Positions 56,078 through 64,000 of a DNA stretch of 64,000 nucleotides are shown here, one piece after another (the stretch's first letter is position 1; the number at the start of each line of letters is the position of its first letter). The stretch lies in NCBI GenBank assembly GCA_000004985.1, contig GG738846.1; one strand, given 5' to 3'. Under the pieces are notes generated by a model. That model ran no database searches. It was not told the origin of the DNA and worked only from the letters and a program-made list of their open reading frames with translations. This DNA comes from Naegleria gruberi. Its lineage: Eukaryota. Made by a program: the position numbers and the translations under genes.

Positions 56078-56614
56078 ATGTCATCAACAATAGAATCAAC
56101 CTCATCGCCATCAACAACCTCGGAAACATTTATTCAAAGTGCGGAAGATAAATCAATTGCTGAATTTATGATTAAACAAGCAACACTCGAACAACAAAGA
56201 CTGAAGCAAAATGGAGTAGACGTTAAATTATTAAAAGTTAAGAATGTTGCCATCATTAGAGATGAAACTCCAACAACAACACCAAATACTCAACAACAAC
56301 CTTCACAAAATAAGAATAAGAATAAGAAAAAACCAACCCGAAATGTGATTAATAGAGTTGAAGTGAATACTGATTTGGATTTTGATATATTTCCTCAAAT
56401 TTTACTCTCTGCACCAGTCAAATGTATTCCAAAGCCTTCACTCAATTATGTTAATGTTATTCTCATTGGTCATGGTGATTTGACAGATCCTGCCTATTTG
56501 TGCCCATACACCTATCCAGCAGATGATAAAGAAAATAAATTACAACACTGGGCATTCATCAATAACAGTCTAAAGAGAACAGACCTTGATATTGATGCTT
56601 TCCAAGATGTTTAA
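56078..56614 (+). CDS. Hypothetical 178-aa protein (acidic/T-rich N-terminal half, conserved-looking C-terminal half)
   Basis: ORF with non-low-complexity C-terminus 'NYVNVILIGHGDLTDPAYLCPYTYPADDKENKLQHWAFINNSLKRTDLDIDAFQDV'. No match recognised. Confidence 0.45.
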   Translation: MSSTIESTSSPSTTSETFIQSAEDKSIAEFMIKQATLEQQRLKQNGVDVKLLKVKNVAIIRDETPTTTPNTQQQPSQNKNKNKKKPTRNVINRVEVNTDLDFDIFPQILLSAPVKCIPKPSLNYVNVILIGHGDLTDPAYLCPYTYPADDKENKLQHWAFINNSLKRTDLDIDAFQDV

Positions 56615-56923
56615 TATGATAATTGACTGAAAATAATCACACCTCTTCACTTTCTGTTCACACTGTTATGCTTTTTGAATTCAATAATTAATAGTGAGCA
56701 TTCATTATTGATCTTTCACATTTTCCGGAGAGTTGCACGCTAATGTTTCAAAAAAAAATTCTTCACAACTGTCTTGGTGTTTTGTTGCAATAATACAAAC
56801 CATCATCATTTACTCCTTAGCAAATTAAAAAATTTCTCTGCACGAGATTAGTTGTTTGAGTAATAACGAGAAAGAATTTTCACATTAGGCGAAGAGTCCA
56901 AAAGAGGAGAATAAAGAATCATC

Positions 56924-59206
56924 ATGTCCGATAGAGTGGTACTTGGTTTCATGTCCGATTCTTGTGTGAATCATCAACAAGATGAAGAAGAATTAATGAA
57001 TGATGAGGAGGAAGAGGATTTTGAATTGATGGAATGTATCAAGTGTTTTAATAAGAATGACAGTAGGAAGTTAAATGGCAATAACAATAGAAATTCAATA
57101 ATTGAAAATAATTTGACAAGTGGAGAGAGTTTTAATGGGTTTAATAATGTGAATAGGCCTTCAACAAGACCATTTGAGGATTTTTTCAATATCTTTTTTA
57201 ATTATGGAGCCAAGGATACATTTGATAATATTCAGACAAATACTGAACAGGAAAAGGTTCATCGATCATCAATTTCAAATAAGGAATATAGAAGAATAAG
57301 AAAGAAGGTGCTTGAAAGAGTGCTAAAACAATTGAAAACCAATGGGGAAACTAGTATGGTCATTCCAAAGAGGAGAGAAATTAAGGATATTATGGATACC
57401 ATGTTTGCAAGATCGAATGGGTACAGTTTAAAGGTTGTTGCCTACTCGTTTAGAAAAGTTTGGACAAAAATATTTAGAGATATTGTTGAATCTGGAATGG
57501 ATTCAAAATTGAAGACCATTAAGAAACTCTATCCAAATGATACAGTTGTATATGTTCCAAATCATAGAAGTTATATGGATTTTCTCTTGTTGAGCTATGT
57601 TTGTTTCCTTTGTAAAGTTTATCCAATTCCAAATATTATTGCTGGAGAAGATTTCCTTCAAATGATGCTTGTGAGTGATGTAATGAAACATTGTGGTGCT
57701 TTATTTATGAAGAGACAGTTCAATGATCAACCAGTTTACAAGACTGTTTTTAAGGAATATATTTGTACCTTGTTGGAGGAAGGAAGCTTTTTGGAATTCT
57801 TTGTGGAGGGAACCCGTTCAAGAAATGGCAAAACCTACCATCCCAAGTTTGGTATACTTAATCTTGTGATTGATGCTTATATGCAAAAGAGAGTGAGTAA
57901 TATTGTGTTTGTTCCAGTCTATGTCAGTTATGAATCCATGATGGAATCTCAATCACACGTACGAGAAATGCTTGGTGAATCAAAAAAGAAGGAAACCACA
58001 GCAAATATGATTACTGGACTATTGGATTCAATTACAACCAATTTTGGAGATATTGCTCTCAAGATTGGAGATCCAATTTCCTTATCATCCTTCCTTGCAG
58101 ATCCTAACAATGAAGGTTTAAGAAAGAATAGAAGAGAATTGTCATCTCAATTGGGGTTCTCCATTACCAAATCATTGAATGATAATTATACATGTCTTTC
58201 CTCTCATATTATTTCTTCATTATTATTACAATATTTGGGAGATGTTAGATTGGCAGATAAGAGATGTACAATTCCATTTTCCACGCTCATTGAGAAGGTA
58301 TCATGGCTGAAGGACGAAATCCAAAGACGAAACGTTCCTCTTTATTTAAATGAAGCTGAAAGAATGCCAAATCAAATGATTGAAAGAACATTACAAGTTT
58401 TTAAAGGGCACGTTGAAATGAAAGGATTATCCATTAGAGTGAAAAGTCCAAGAGATTTCCTCTTACTTAGCATTTACAAAAATTCTCTGGCTCCAGTTTT
58501 TACAAAAGAGTCCCTTTTATTGTGTGCTCTTCATTCGCTGAGATTGAAGGATGTTAACTTTGAGGAAATTGTCGAGTTGGAAACTCAACCATTTGATATT
58601 GAGGAATGGAAGGAGAGATGTTCAGTGTTGGGAGAATTATTAAGCTTGGAAATTCATCCTCAAGACATGTTAGATTCGAGTGAGAGATTTAATTCGACAT
58701 TATCAGATATGGAGGAAAGAGGAATTTTAACTTGTCAAAAAGTGGAAGGAGGCAAAATTTCTGTCAAGATTAATAATTTGGGATATTTTGAATTTGTCTG
58801 TTCATTGCTCTGGCCATCTATTGATACATATTCGATAATTATTGGGTATTGTTGTTTGATTGCCAACAGAGGAACTATCCATTCATTTGCTTTGGATAAG
58901 TTTGTTAAGAGTTGTCATGAATTTCTTGAAAAACTCTATCACGAAACAAGTGTGCCTTTCTATGAATCTGTCTCTGTATTGACTATTAGAAATGTTATTT
59001 CAAGATATTCCACATGGAATATTTTACATCGAGTGAGTGTGAATAATGTAAATACCATTCAAATTTCTGAATATTATGCCAATCAACCTTCAGAAATTAG
59101 AGAATGGTGGGATATTATTTCACTCTATGCCAAGTACAAGCAAAAGGAGAACTTTTTTGATTTGTATATTGACTTTGTTCCAGTGAATAGAATTTCAAAA
59201 TTGTAA
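56924..59206 (+). CDS. GNPAT: Dihydroxyacetone-phosphate acyltransferase (GNPAT/DHAPAT; GPAT/PlsB-type acyltransferase) with C-terminal PTS1 tripeptide SKL, so peroxisomal
   Basis: 760 aa, single exon. Acyltransferase motif I is 'VPNHRSYMDFLLLSY' (HxxxxD). Motif III is 'FFVEGTRSRNGK'. Motif IV is 'IVFVPVYVSYE'. The protein ends '…PVNRISKL*', a PTS1. Confidence 0.85.
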   Translation: MSDRVVLGFMSDSCVNHQQDEEELMNDEEEEDFELMECIKCFNKNDSRKLNGNNNRNSIIENNLTSGESFNGFNNVNRPSTRPFEDFFNIFFNYGAKDTFDNIQTNTEQEKVHRSSISNKEYRRIRKKVLERVLKQLKTNGETSMVIPKRREIKDIMDTMFARSNGYSLKVVAYSFRKVWTKIFRDIVESGMDSKLKTIKKLYPNDTVVYVPNHRSYMDFLLLSYVCFLCKVYPIPNIIAGEDFLQMMLVSDVMKHCGALFMKRQFNDQPVYKTVFKEYICTLLEEGSFLEFFVEGTRSRNGKTYHPKFGILNLVIDAYMQKRVSNIVFVPVYVSYESMMESQSHVREMLGESKKKETTANMITGLLDSITTNFGDIALKIGDPISLSSFLADPNNEGLRKNRRELSSQLGFSITKSLNDNYTCLSSHIISSLLLQYLGDVRLADKRCTIPFSTLIEKVSWLKDEIQRRNVPLYLNEAERMPNQMIERTLQVFKGHVEMKGLSIRVKSPRDFLLLSIYKNSLAPVFTKESLLLCALHSLRLKDVNFEEIVELETQPFDIEEWKERCSVLGELLSLEIHPQDMLDSSERFNSTLSDMEERGILTCQKVEGGKISVKINNLGYFEFVCSLLWPSIDTYSIIIGYCCLIANRGTIHSFALDKFVKSCHEFLEKLYHETSVPFYESVSVLTIRNVISRYSTWNILHRVSVNNVNTIQISEYYANQPSEIREWWDIISLYAKYKQKENFFDLYIDFVPVNRISKL

Positions 59207-59248
59207 TAAAACAAGTCTGTGAACTAGCTAATCGATCTTGATTGGTAA

Positions 59249-60262
59249 TTAATGATTTTGTTGTTGTTTATTCTTCAAGGCAGTGTAAATGCAATATTCT
59301 GTCTGGTCAAGCATGTCAATACATAAATCTTCATTGTTAGCCAATCGGCTTGGTAATCTCACATTCATTCTGGTAAAGTACTCTCCTGTGGTATCTTCAT
59401 AATCAGGATTTGCAAGAATATTGAGAGCATAATAAGCAGCCTTATCTGGTGATGTTATTTGTTTGAATCGTCTTAGGAAGGACATTAAATTTTGTTTAGC
59501 ATCTTCTTCACTATACCTGTGGAAATTAGTATTCAATGATAAACTTCCCACTGGATCCAATGCATTTACCATAATATTACTCGATTCTAATCTTTCAGCC
59601 ATTTCAAGCATTACCAAAATTGATGCTAATTTCGAATAGGCATATTGCTTATTAGGTTGATATTCTTTTGGTTCATTCCAGAGTTTTTCTAAAAGAAAGT
59701 TTTCATCTCTTGGATAATGATGAATTTTAGATGAAATAAATAATATTTTAGAAGCTTGATTATAATCTCTGACTCCTCTTTTCAATAATGGTACAAGCTG
59801 AGCTGTCAGATAGTATGGACTTAATAAATTAACTTGATATGTTTCCTCAAATCCATCTTGTGTTTTCTTAAATTCTGGAAGAAGTCCAATTCCAGCATTA
59901 TTAACCAGAGCATGTAAATTAGAGTGTTTTGCAGTGTATTCTTGTGAAAAATTCCGCACACTATCCAAACTTGTCAATTCCAATTCCATAGTTTCAAATA
60001 ATCCAGGTTTCTTTGGTTGTGTTTTTTCCAAATGTTCATAAACAGTATCAAATGTTAATTTCCCCTTTTCCATTGTTCTAACCGTACCAATAACATGTCC
60101 ATTCAGAGAGGTTAATAACTTTGTTAATGCCAATCCGTATCCACTCGAACATCCTGTAACAATATACTTTCTCCTCTCCAAATCAATTTCCTTGCTCATC
60201 AGCTGACGAAGCGAAATAGATTGGGGTGGATTTTTACCAATCCTACGTAATGTATTGCCCAT
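59249..60262 (-). CDS. Short-chain dehydrogenase/reductase (SDR, retinol-DH/WWOX-like)
   Basis: 'YIVTGCSSGYGLALTKLL' is a TGxxxGxG-type NAD(P) site. 'NNAG' is present. 'YAYSKLASIL' is the catalytic YxxxK. 337 aa. Confidence 0.8.
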   Translation of the reverse strand: MGNTLRRIGKNPPQSISLRQLMSKEIDLERRKYIVTGCSSGYGLALTKLLTSLNGHVIGTVRTMEKGKLTFDTVYEHLEKTQPKKPGLFETMELELTSLDSVRNFSQEYTAKHSNLHALVNNAGIGLLPEFKKTQDGFEETYQVNLLSPYYLTAQLVPLLKRGVRDYNQASKILFISSKIHHYPRDENFLLEKLWNEPKEYQPNKQYAYSKLASILVMLEMAERLESSNIMVNALDPVGSLSLNTNFHRYSEEDAKQNLMSFLRRFKQITSPDKAAYYALNILANPDYEDTTGEYFTRMNVRLPSRLANNEDLCIDMLDQTEYCIYTALKNKQQQNH

Positions 60263-60597
60263 ACTAGTTGGTGTGGTAGTAGAATAATTTCAAATTCCGA
60301 AAAAGCTTTAAAAAAACAGCTTGAAAGTGTCTTTGGTTTTCTGCTATTTTTTTTATTGTTTTTTTTATTTGAGCGCCAATCACGGAGATTTAAGAACAAA
60401 TAAGAGATTGAGTAATTTATTTCCGAATTCGTTTTCAAGCCAATCAATTTATTAAATTGAATTATTGTTTCACATTCATTCGAATTCAACTCTGTAACCT
60501 CAAACTAATTAACAACTCCTTTAAGGGATTGAGATTTCTTCATCAACCCATTATGAATTTAAATTTCAGATAAATTAGATTATTTTATTTACATCAT

Positions 60598-63306
60598 TTA
60601 ACTCAAATCCATATTGTACAAGTAAATATTATTATTCAATCCATGAGAAGCAGCAATCCAATTAAGGTATTGATAAGTATTTCCAGAAGCTCCTCCAAAT
60701 GCGGCATTGAACCAATCAACATTGGTCATTGGTGAAAAATCTCCAGCAGTAATAGTGGCATTATTATTTTGAGTTGAGCTGTACAAATCTTTTGTCATGA
60801 GACAATGTGTTGGGCTATTGTGCAGGAGAGAAAATATGACACCTGGATAGTTGAGAACGAACATTCTTTCACTCGTGGAACAGAGTCCAATTCTAGTATC
60901 AATCCAATTGGCATGCTGTTTTTCAGACCCAAATGCTACTGGATTTTGTAATTGAATTTGATTCAAAACCTTGCCAGTATTGTGAATTGACCATTCAATG
61001 AGTTTACCATCAGACCCACAAGTTAGTACAGAGGTTTCATTTTCACTGAAATGAACATTTGTAACTTCACCATCGTGAGCCTTCCAAGTCCAAAATGGTT
61101 GCTGTTGTTTTGAGGCAGTGTCGAAAATTCTCACAAACCCATCACTACCAGCAGTAGCTATCATTGTTCCGTTATGATTAAATTTGATGTCGAGTATTGG
61201 TACAGATTTTGGTTGAATGACAAACTTGTTTTCCAGCTTCATTTGGTTCAAATTGTAGCCTAAAAGCATTCCTGAAACTGATGAACTTGGTGAGCTATTT
61301 CCCCCAGCTGATGATGGTAATATTGGTACAGGTGTGTTGCTTCCAGAGTCTGACTTTTGATAGCTTGAGCAACTGACAACACAATAATCACTATTTCTGA
61401 TTGTAGATCCGCAACATGCAATAGCATTGACCTTTGGGAAGAATATTTCAGTGCAAAACTCTCCTGTACATTTTCTCTTATCCAAATCCAAAATTTTAAC
61501 CTTTCTATTGTTCAATCCACAAACTACCATATTATTGGATGATCCTTTCTTTCCATTTGATGCGCTCCACCAATCAAGACACATGGCCTTGGTTCCACAT
61601 TCATAGGTTTGAATTGAAGTAACAGAATTTGAATTATTATTTCCAGAAAGTGACCAAATTCTGACTGTATTATCCTTTGAACTGGATGCTAAATATTTTC
61701 CATCTTGTGAAAATTTCAGTGATGTGATATAATCCTTATGACCTGTAAAAACCTTGACAGGATAAACAGGTTTCAAATTAAATAATTGAATATTGTCAAA
61801 TACACTGGTTGTACTTTGTTCAGTCGGAGTTGTACTATTATTGGTTGTATTTGGTGAGCTTGGTGAGAGGGTAGGCTTTTGTGGAGTCACCAATGAGCTA
61901 TTACTGCTATTATTACTCTGCCTCACTGAGGAAATATTGAGAGAGGAGAAGGATTGATGGAAGGACTTGTTTCTAGGAGTCTTATTGCCCATTGCAACTG
62001 TCGAATCAGTATTTACGCTTTCCTGTGGTAAATCAGAAATGTCCAAAGTACTACCATTTGAAGGGATACTTGTTTCTCTTCTATTAATTCCAACTTCTTG
62101 TTCCAATTTGGAAATGTACGCCTCTGCAGCTAACAATTTGCTTTTCAGAGTTTCATTTTCACTAATTAAAACATCCAATTTCTTCTTGAGGACATTCATT
62201 CTATCTCTCTTCTCTGATTCCATCAAGAGTAGAGTTGGTTTCTCAACAGACATGATGGCAGTGGCTATGAAATTTTGTACACAAACATATAACATTTCTG
62301 CCCATTTGTGATTAAAGAATGGTTCAAGCTCTGGTACAAATTGTTCAATAATTGTCAAGACATTGGAATGTGATTGTAAGAGTGGTGCATTAGATTCTCT
62401 TCTTTCTCTTTCGGTCATACTGCCAGATGTTGAACTATCCATTCCATCCAAATTGCCAGATGATCTAGAAGCTGAATGAGTAGAAGTAGCCACGGTCTGA
62501 GCTAGCAAGTACGGCAAGGCAAACCATGGTCTCCATTCTTGTTCCTGTATTAATTCATGACCGAATCGTTCGAAAAATTCTCTACATTCTTTAATTCTTC
62601 TATTTTGTGCACAATTCACAACATAGTACTTTTTCAATGATTGTTCTAATTTTCTAATAGTTTCATAGTAGGATGATGTTGATGATGAGGCATGTCTTCC
62701 GAGGAGTGAACCAATCGGAGCCACATTACTGCTCACATTATTAGATGATGCAGAGGAAGAAGAGGAAGGCATCATCATGGATTGTGTTGAATTTCCACCT
62801 CCTGTTGATGAATTTGATGTCGTATTGCTATTCAAATCATTCACCGATGAAGAAACATTGAGTGATGAAGATGATATAACATTTCCACTCATCAAATCAA
62901 GTTGAGAACTCGAGGAAGAAAGACCACCTATTGTTGATGATGATGATGATGAAGTAGCATCAATATTAGAGGAGGATCCACCAATAGTATTACCACTACC
63001 TTGTTGTTCATATTGATCAGATGATTGTGAAGAAGCCTTTTGAAATCCACTCGATTCATATAATTTAGGAAAGAAATTCTTCTCCAAATACTTCCAATAA
63101 TCCATGAATGATTGAATATCATAGCTTTTTAAAAAGGTAAATAATTGGTCTGCAATCCTATCCGTTTGGAAAGCCTTGTTTTTATCTAATTTACGATCCG
63201 TTTCAAAATTGGTGAGAGTTCTCGTAAAACCTCTCCATGATAAATATTCCTTGATGAGTAAATCACAATGAATGATGGAATTGTCATCATCTAATTGTGA
63301 AGGCAT
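60598..63306 (-). CDS. WDR91: WDR91 orthologue (endosomal Rab7/PI3K-regulating WD40 protein): N-terminal WDR91 domain, coiled coil, long S/N-rich insert, C-terminal WD40 propeller
   Basis: 'IKEYLSWRGFTRTLTNFETDRKLDKNKAFQTDRIADQLFTFLKSYDIQSFMDYWKYLEKNFFPKL' parallels human WDR91 '[65 protein letters not shown]'. C-terminal 'DGFVRIFD…WKAHDGEVTNVHFSENETSVLTCGSDGKLIEWSIHNTGKV' parallels 'DGVIRLFDM…[41 protein letters not shown]'. Confidence 0.85.
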   Translation of the reverse strand: MPSQLDDDNSIIHCDLLIKEYLSWRGFTRTLTNFETDRKLDKNKAFQTDRIADQLFTFLKSYDIQSFMDYWKYLEKNFFPKLYESSGFQKASSQSSDQYEQQGSGNTIGGSSSNIDATSSSSSSTIGGLSSSSSQLDLMSGNVISSSSLNVSSSVNDLNSNTTSNSSTGGGNSTQSMMMPSSSSSASSNNVSSNVAPIGSLLGRHASSSTSSYYETIRKLEQSLKKYYVVNCAQNRRIKECREFFERFGHELIQEQEWRPWFALPYLLAQTVATSTHSASRSSGNLDGMDSSTSGSMTERERRESNAPLLQSHSNVLTIIEQFVPELEPFFNHKWAEMLYVCVQNFIATAIMSVEKPTLLLMESEKRDRMNVLKKKLDVLISENETLKSKLLAAEAYISKLEQEVGINRRETSIPSNGSTLDISDLPQESVNTDSTVAMGNKTPRNKSFHQSFSSLNISSVRQSNNSSNSSLVTPQKPTLSPSSPNTTNNSTTPTEQSTTSVFDNIQLFNLKPVYPVKVFTGHKDYITSLKFSQDGKYLASSSKDNTVRIWSLSGNNNSNSVTSIQTYECGTKAMCLDWWSASNGKKGSSNNMVVCGLNNRKVKILDLDKRKCTGEFCTEIFFPKVNAIACCGSTIRNSDYCVVSCSSYQKSDSGSNTPVPILPSSAGGNSSPSSSVSGMLLGYNLNQMKLENKFVIQPKSVPILDIKFNHNGTMIATAGSDGFVRIFDTASKQQQPFWTWKAHDGEVTNVHFSENETSVLTCGSDGKLIEWSIHNTGKVLNQIQLQNPVAFGSEKQHANWIDTRIGLCSTSERMFVLNYPGVIFSLLHNSPTHCLMTKDLYSSTQNNNATITAGDFSPMTNVDWFNAAFGGASGNTYQYLNWIAASHGLNNNIYLYNMDLS

Positions 63307-63830
63307 TATGTTGTGATCTATATTCCCGTAAAATTCTTTATATTTGTGTAATAATTTGTGTGTTGTGATGATGGAAGGAAATTAAATGAATTTTTTTAAA
63401 GATGAAAAAGTTATTAAATAAATTTAATCCAAATTACAATTGATTGTAAAAGGTAGAGTATTAATACTGCAGCAGTATTTCTAAATTATCGATTCGGCTT
63501 TGGGTTCTCTAACATCTATTATTACAAAATTATCAACAGTTGAATATTCTTTTCAATACTTTATCAGTCAAAAAACCCTTTTAGATACTTCAATGTTCTT
63601 CCTTAAAACATTGTAAAAACTCCATTTCAACTCTTCCAATGGATTGAGTTTTATATTGAGTTTTTTAAAAAAGAATCCGATAATCTACATTATCCTCCTC
63701 TTCATTTATCATTGTGTATTGTTGGCCAATAATTATTTGAGACAATACCAAACGTTAGAATTACTCTAATTCCCTCTACTGTAAATTCCAGTCCTCATTG
63801 ATTTTTTCCAAAAGCTTAAAAAACAAAACA

Positions 63831-64000
63831 ATGCTCGTTGACGATCACTCTTCTCCATCCGATCAAGAGAAGAATACCACCACAGATCAAGAAGAACAAC
63901 CACAACAACCACTGGTTATTAAAAAGATAGCCTGTATTGGTGCTGGTTATGTTGGTGGTCCTACAATGAGCGTTATTGCTACCAAGTGCCACGATATTCA
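63831..64000 (+). CDS. UGDH: UDP-glucose 6-dehydrogenase (UGDH), 5' end only (continues past the window)
   Basis: '[25 protein letters not shown]' matches the UGDH N-terminal NAD-binding Rossmann motif ([19 protein letters not shown]…). Confidence 0.8.
   Translation, partial: MLVDDHSSPSDQEKNTTTDQEEQPQQPLVIKKIACIGAGYVGGPTMSVIATKCHDI

Noticed and set aside
1-64000. Prokaryotic-style systems (CRISPR arrays, operons, defence islands)
   Set aside because: The sequence is clearly eukaryotic nuclear DNA (spliceosomal introns, a Pol III tRNA gene with internal A and B boxes, monocistronic genes on both strands, LINE). No direct-repeat/spacer architecture is present.

Overview
This is a gene-dense, AT-rich (about one-third GC by eye) eukaryotic nuclear segment, not a prokaryotic one. 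It encodes low-complexity N/Q/S-rich proteins, uses the standard genetic code, and has few, very short introns (about 43–53 nt, GTAAGT…YAG). About 35 protein genes fall on both strands. They include a CDK1/2-class kinase, a BRCA2 orthologue, an aldo-keto reductase, PIG-A, a Zn2Cys6 transcription factor, a CTR copper transporter, a mitochondrial carrier, EMC6, HAUS1/augmin, an OSR1/SPAK kinase, a peroxisomal DHAP-acyltransferase ending in SKL, an SDR, WDR91 and UDP-glucose dehydrogenase (3' partial). There is one tRNA-Lys(CTT) and one degenerate non-LTR retrotransposon (APE–RT–RNaseH–CCHC) containing an (AAT)n microsatellite. A large inverted duplication spans about 3.5–4.6 kb and 17.7–18.7 kb; each arm carries a small AT-hook protein gene. 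Lineage cannot be fixed from sequence alone. WDR91, OSR1/SPAK, HAUS1, GNPAT and RNI-type F-box-LRR genes point to an amoeboid protist or early-branching opisthokont. The Zn2Cys6 factor with a fungal-type middle domain adds a fungal-like signal. The most interesting items follow. The BRCA2 carries an expanded array of about 21 minimal GFVSA (FxxA) motifs. A ubiquitin E2-like domain is fused to an F-box. A receptor-type class III cyclase-like gene has a degenerate metal-binding motif. The AT-hook genes form an inverted duplication. Several gene models need a frameshift to join adjacent ORFs. All coordinates are from manual reading and may be off by a few nt at splice sites.
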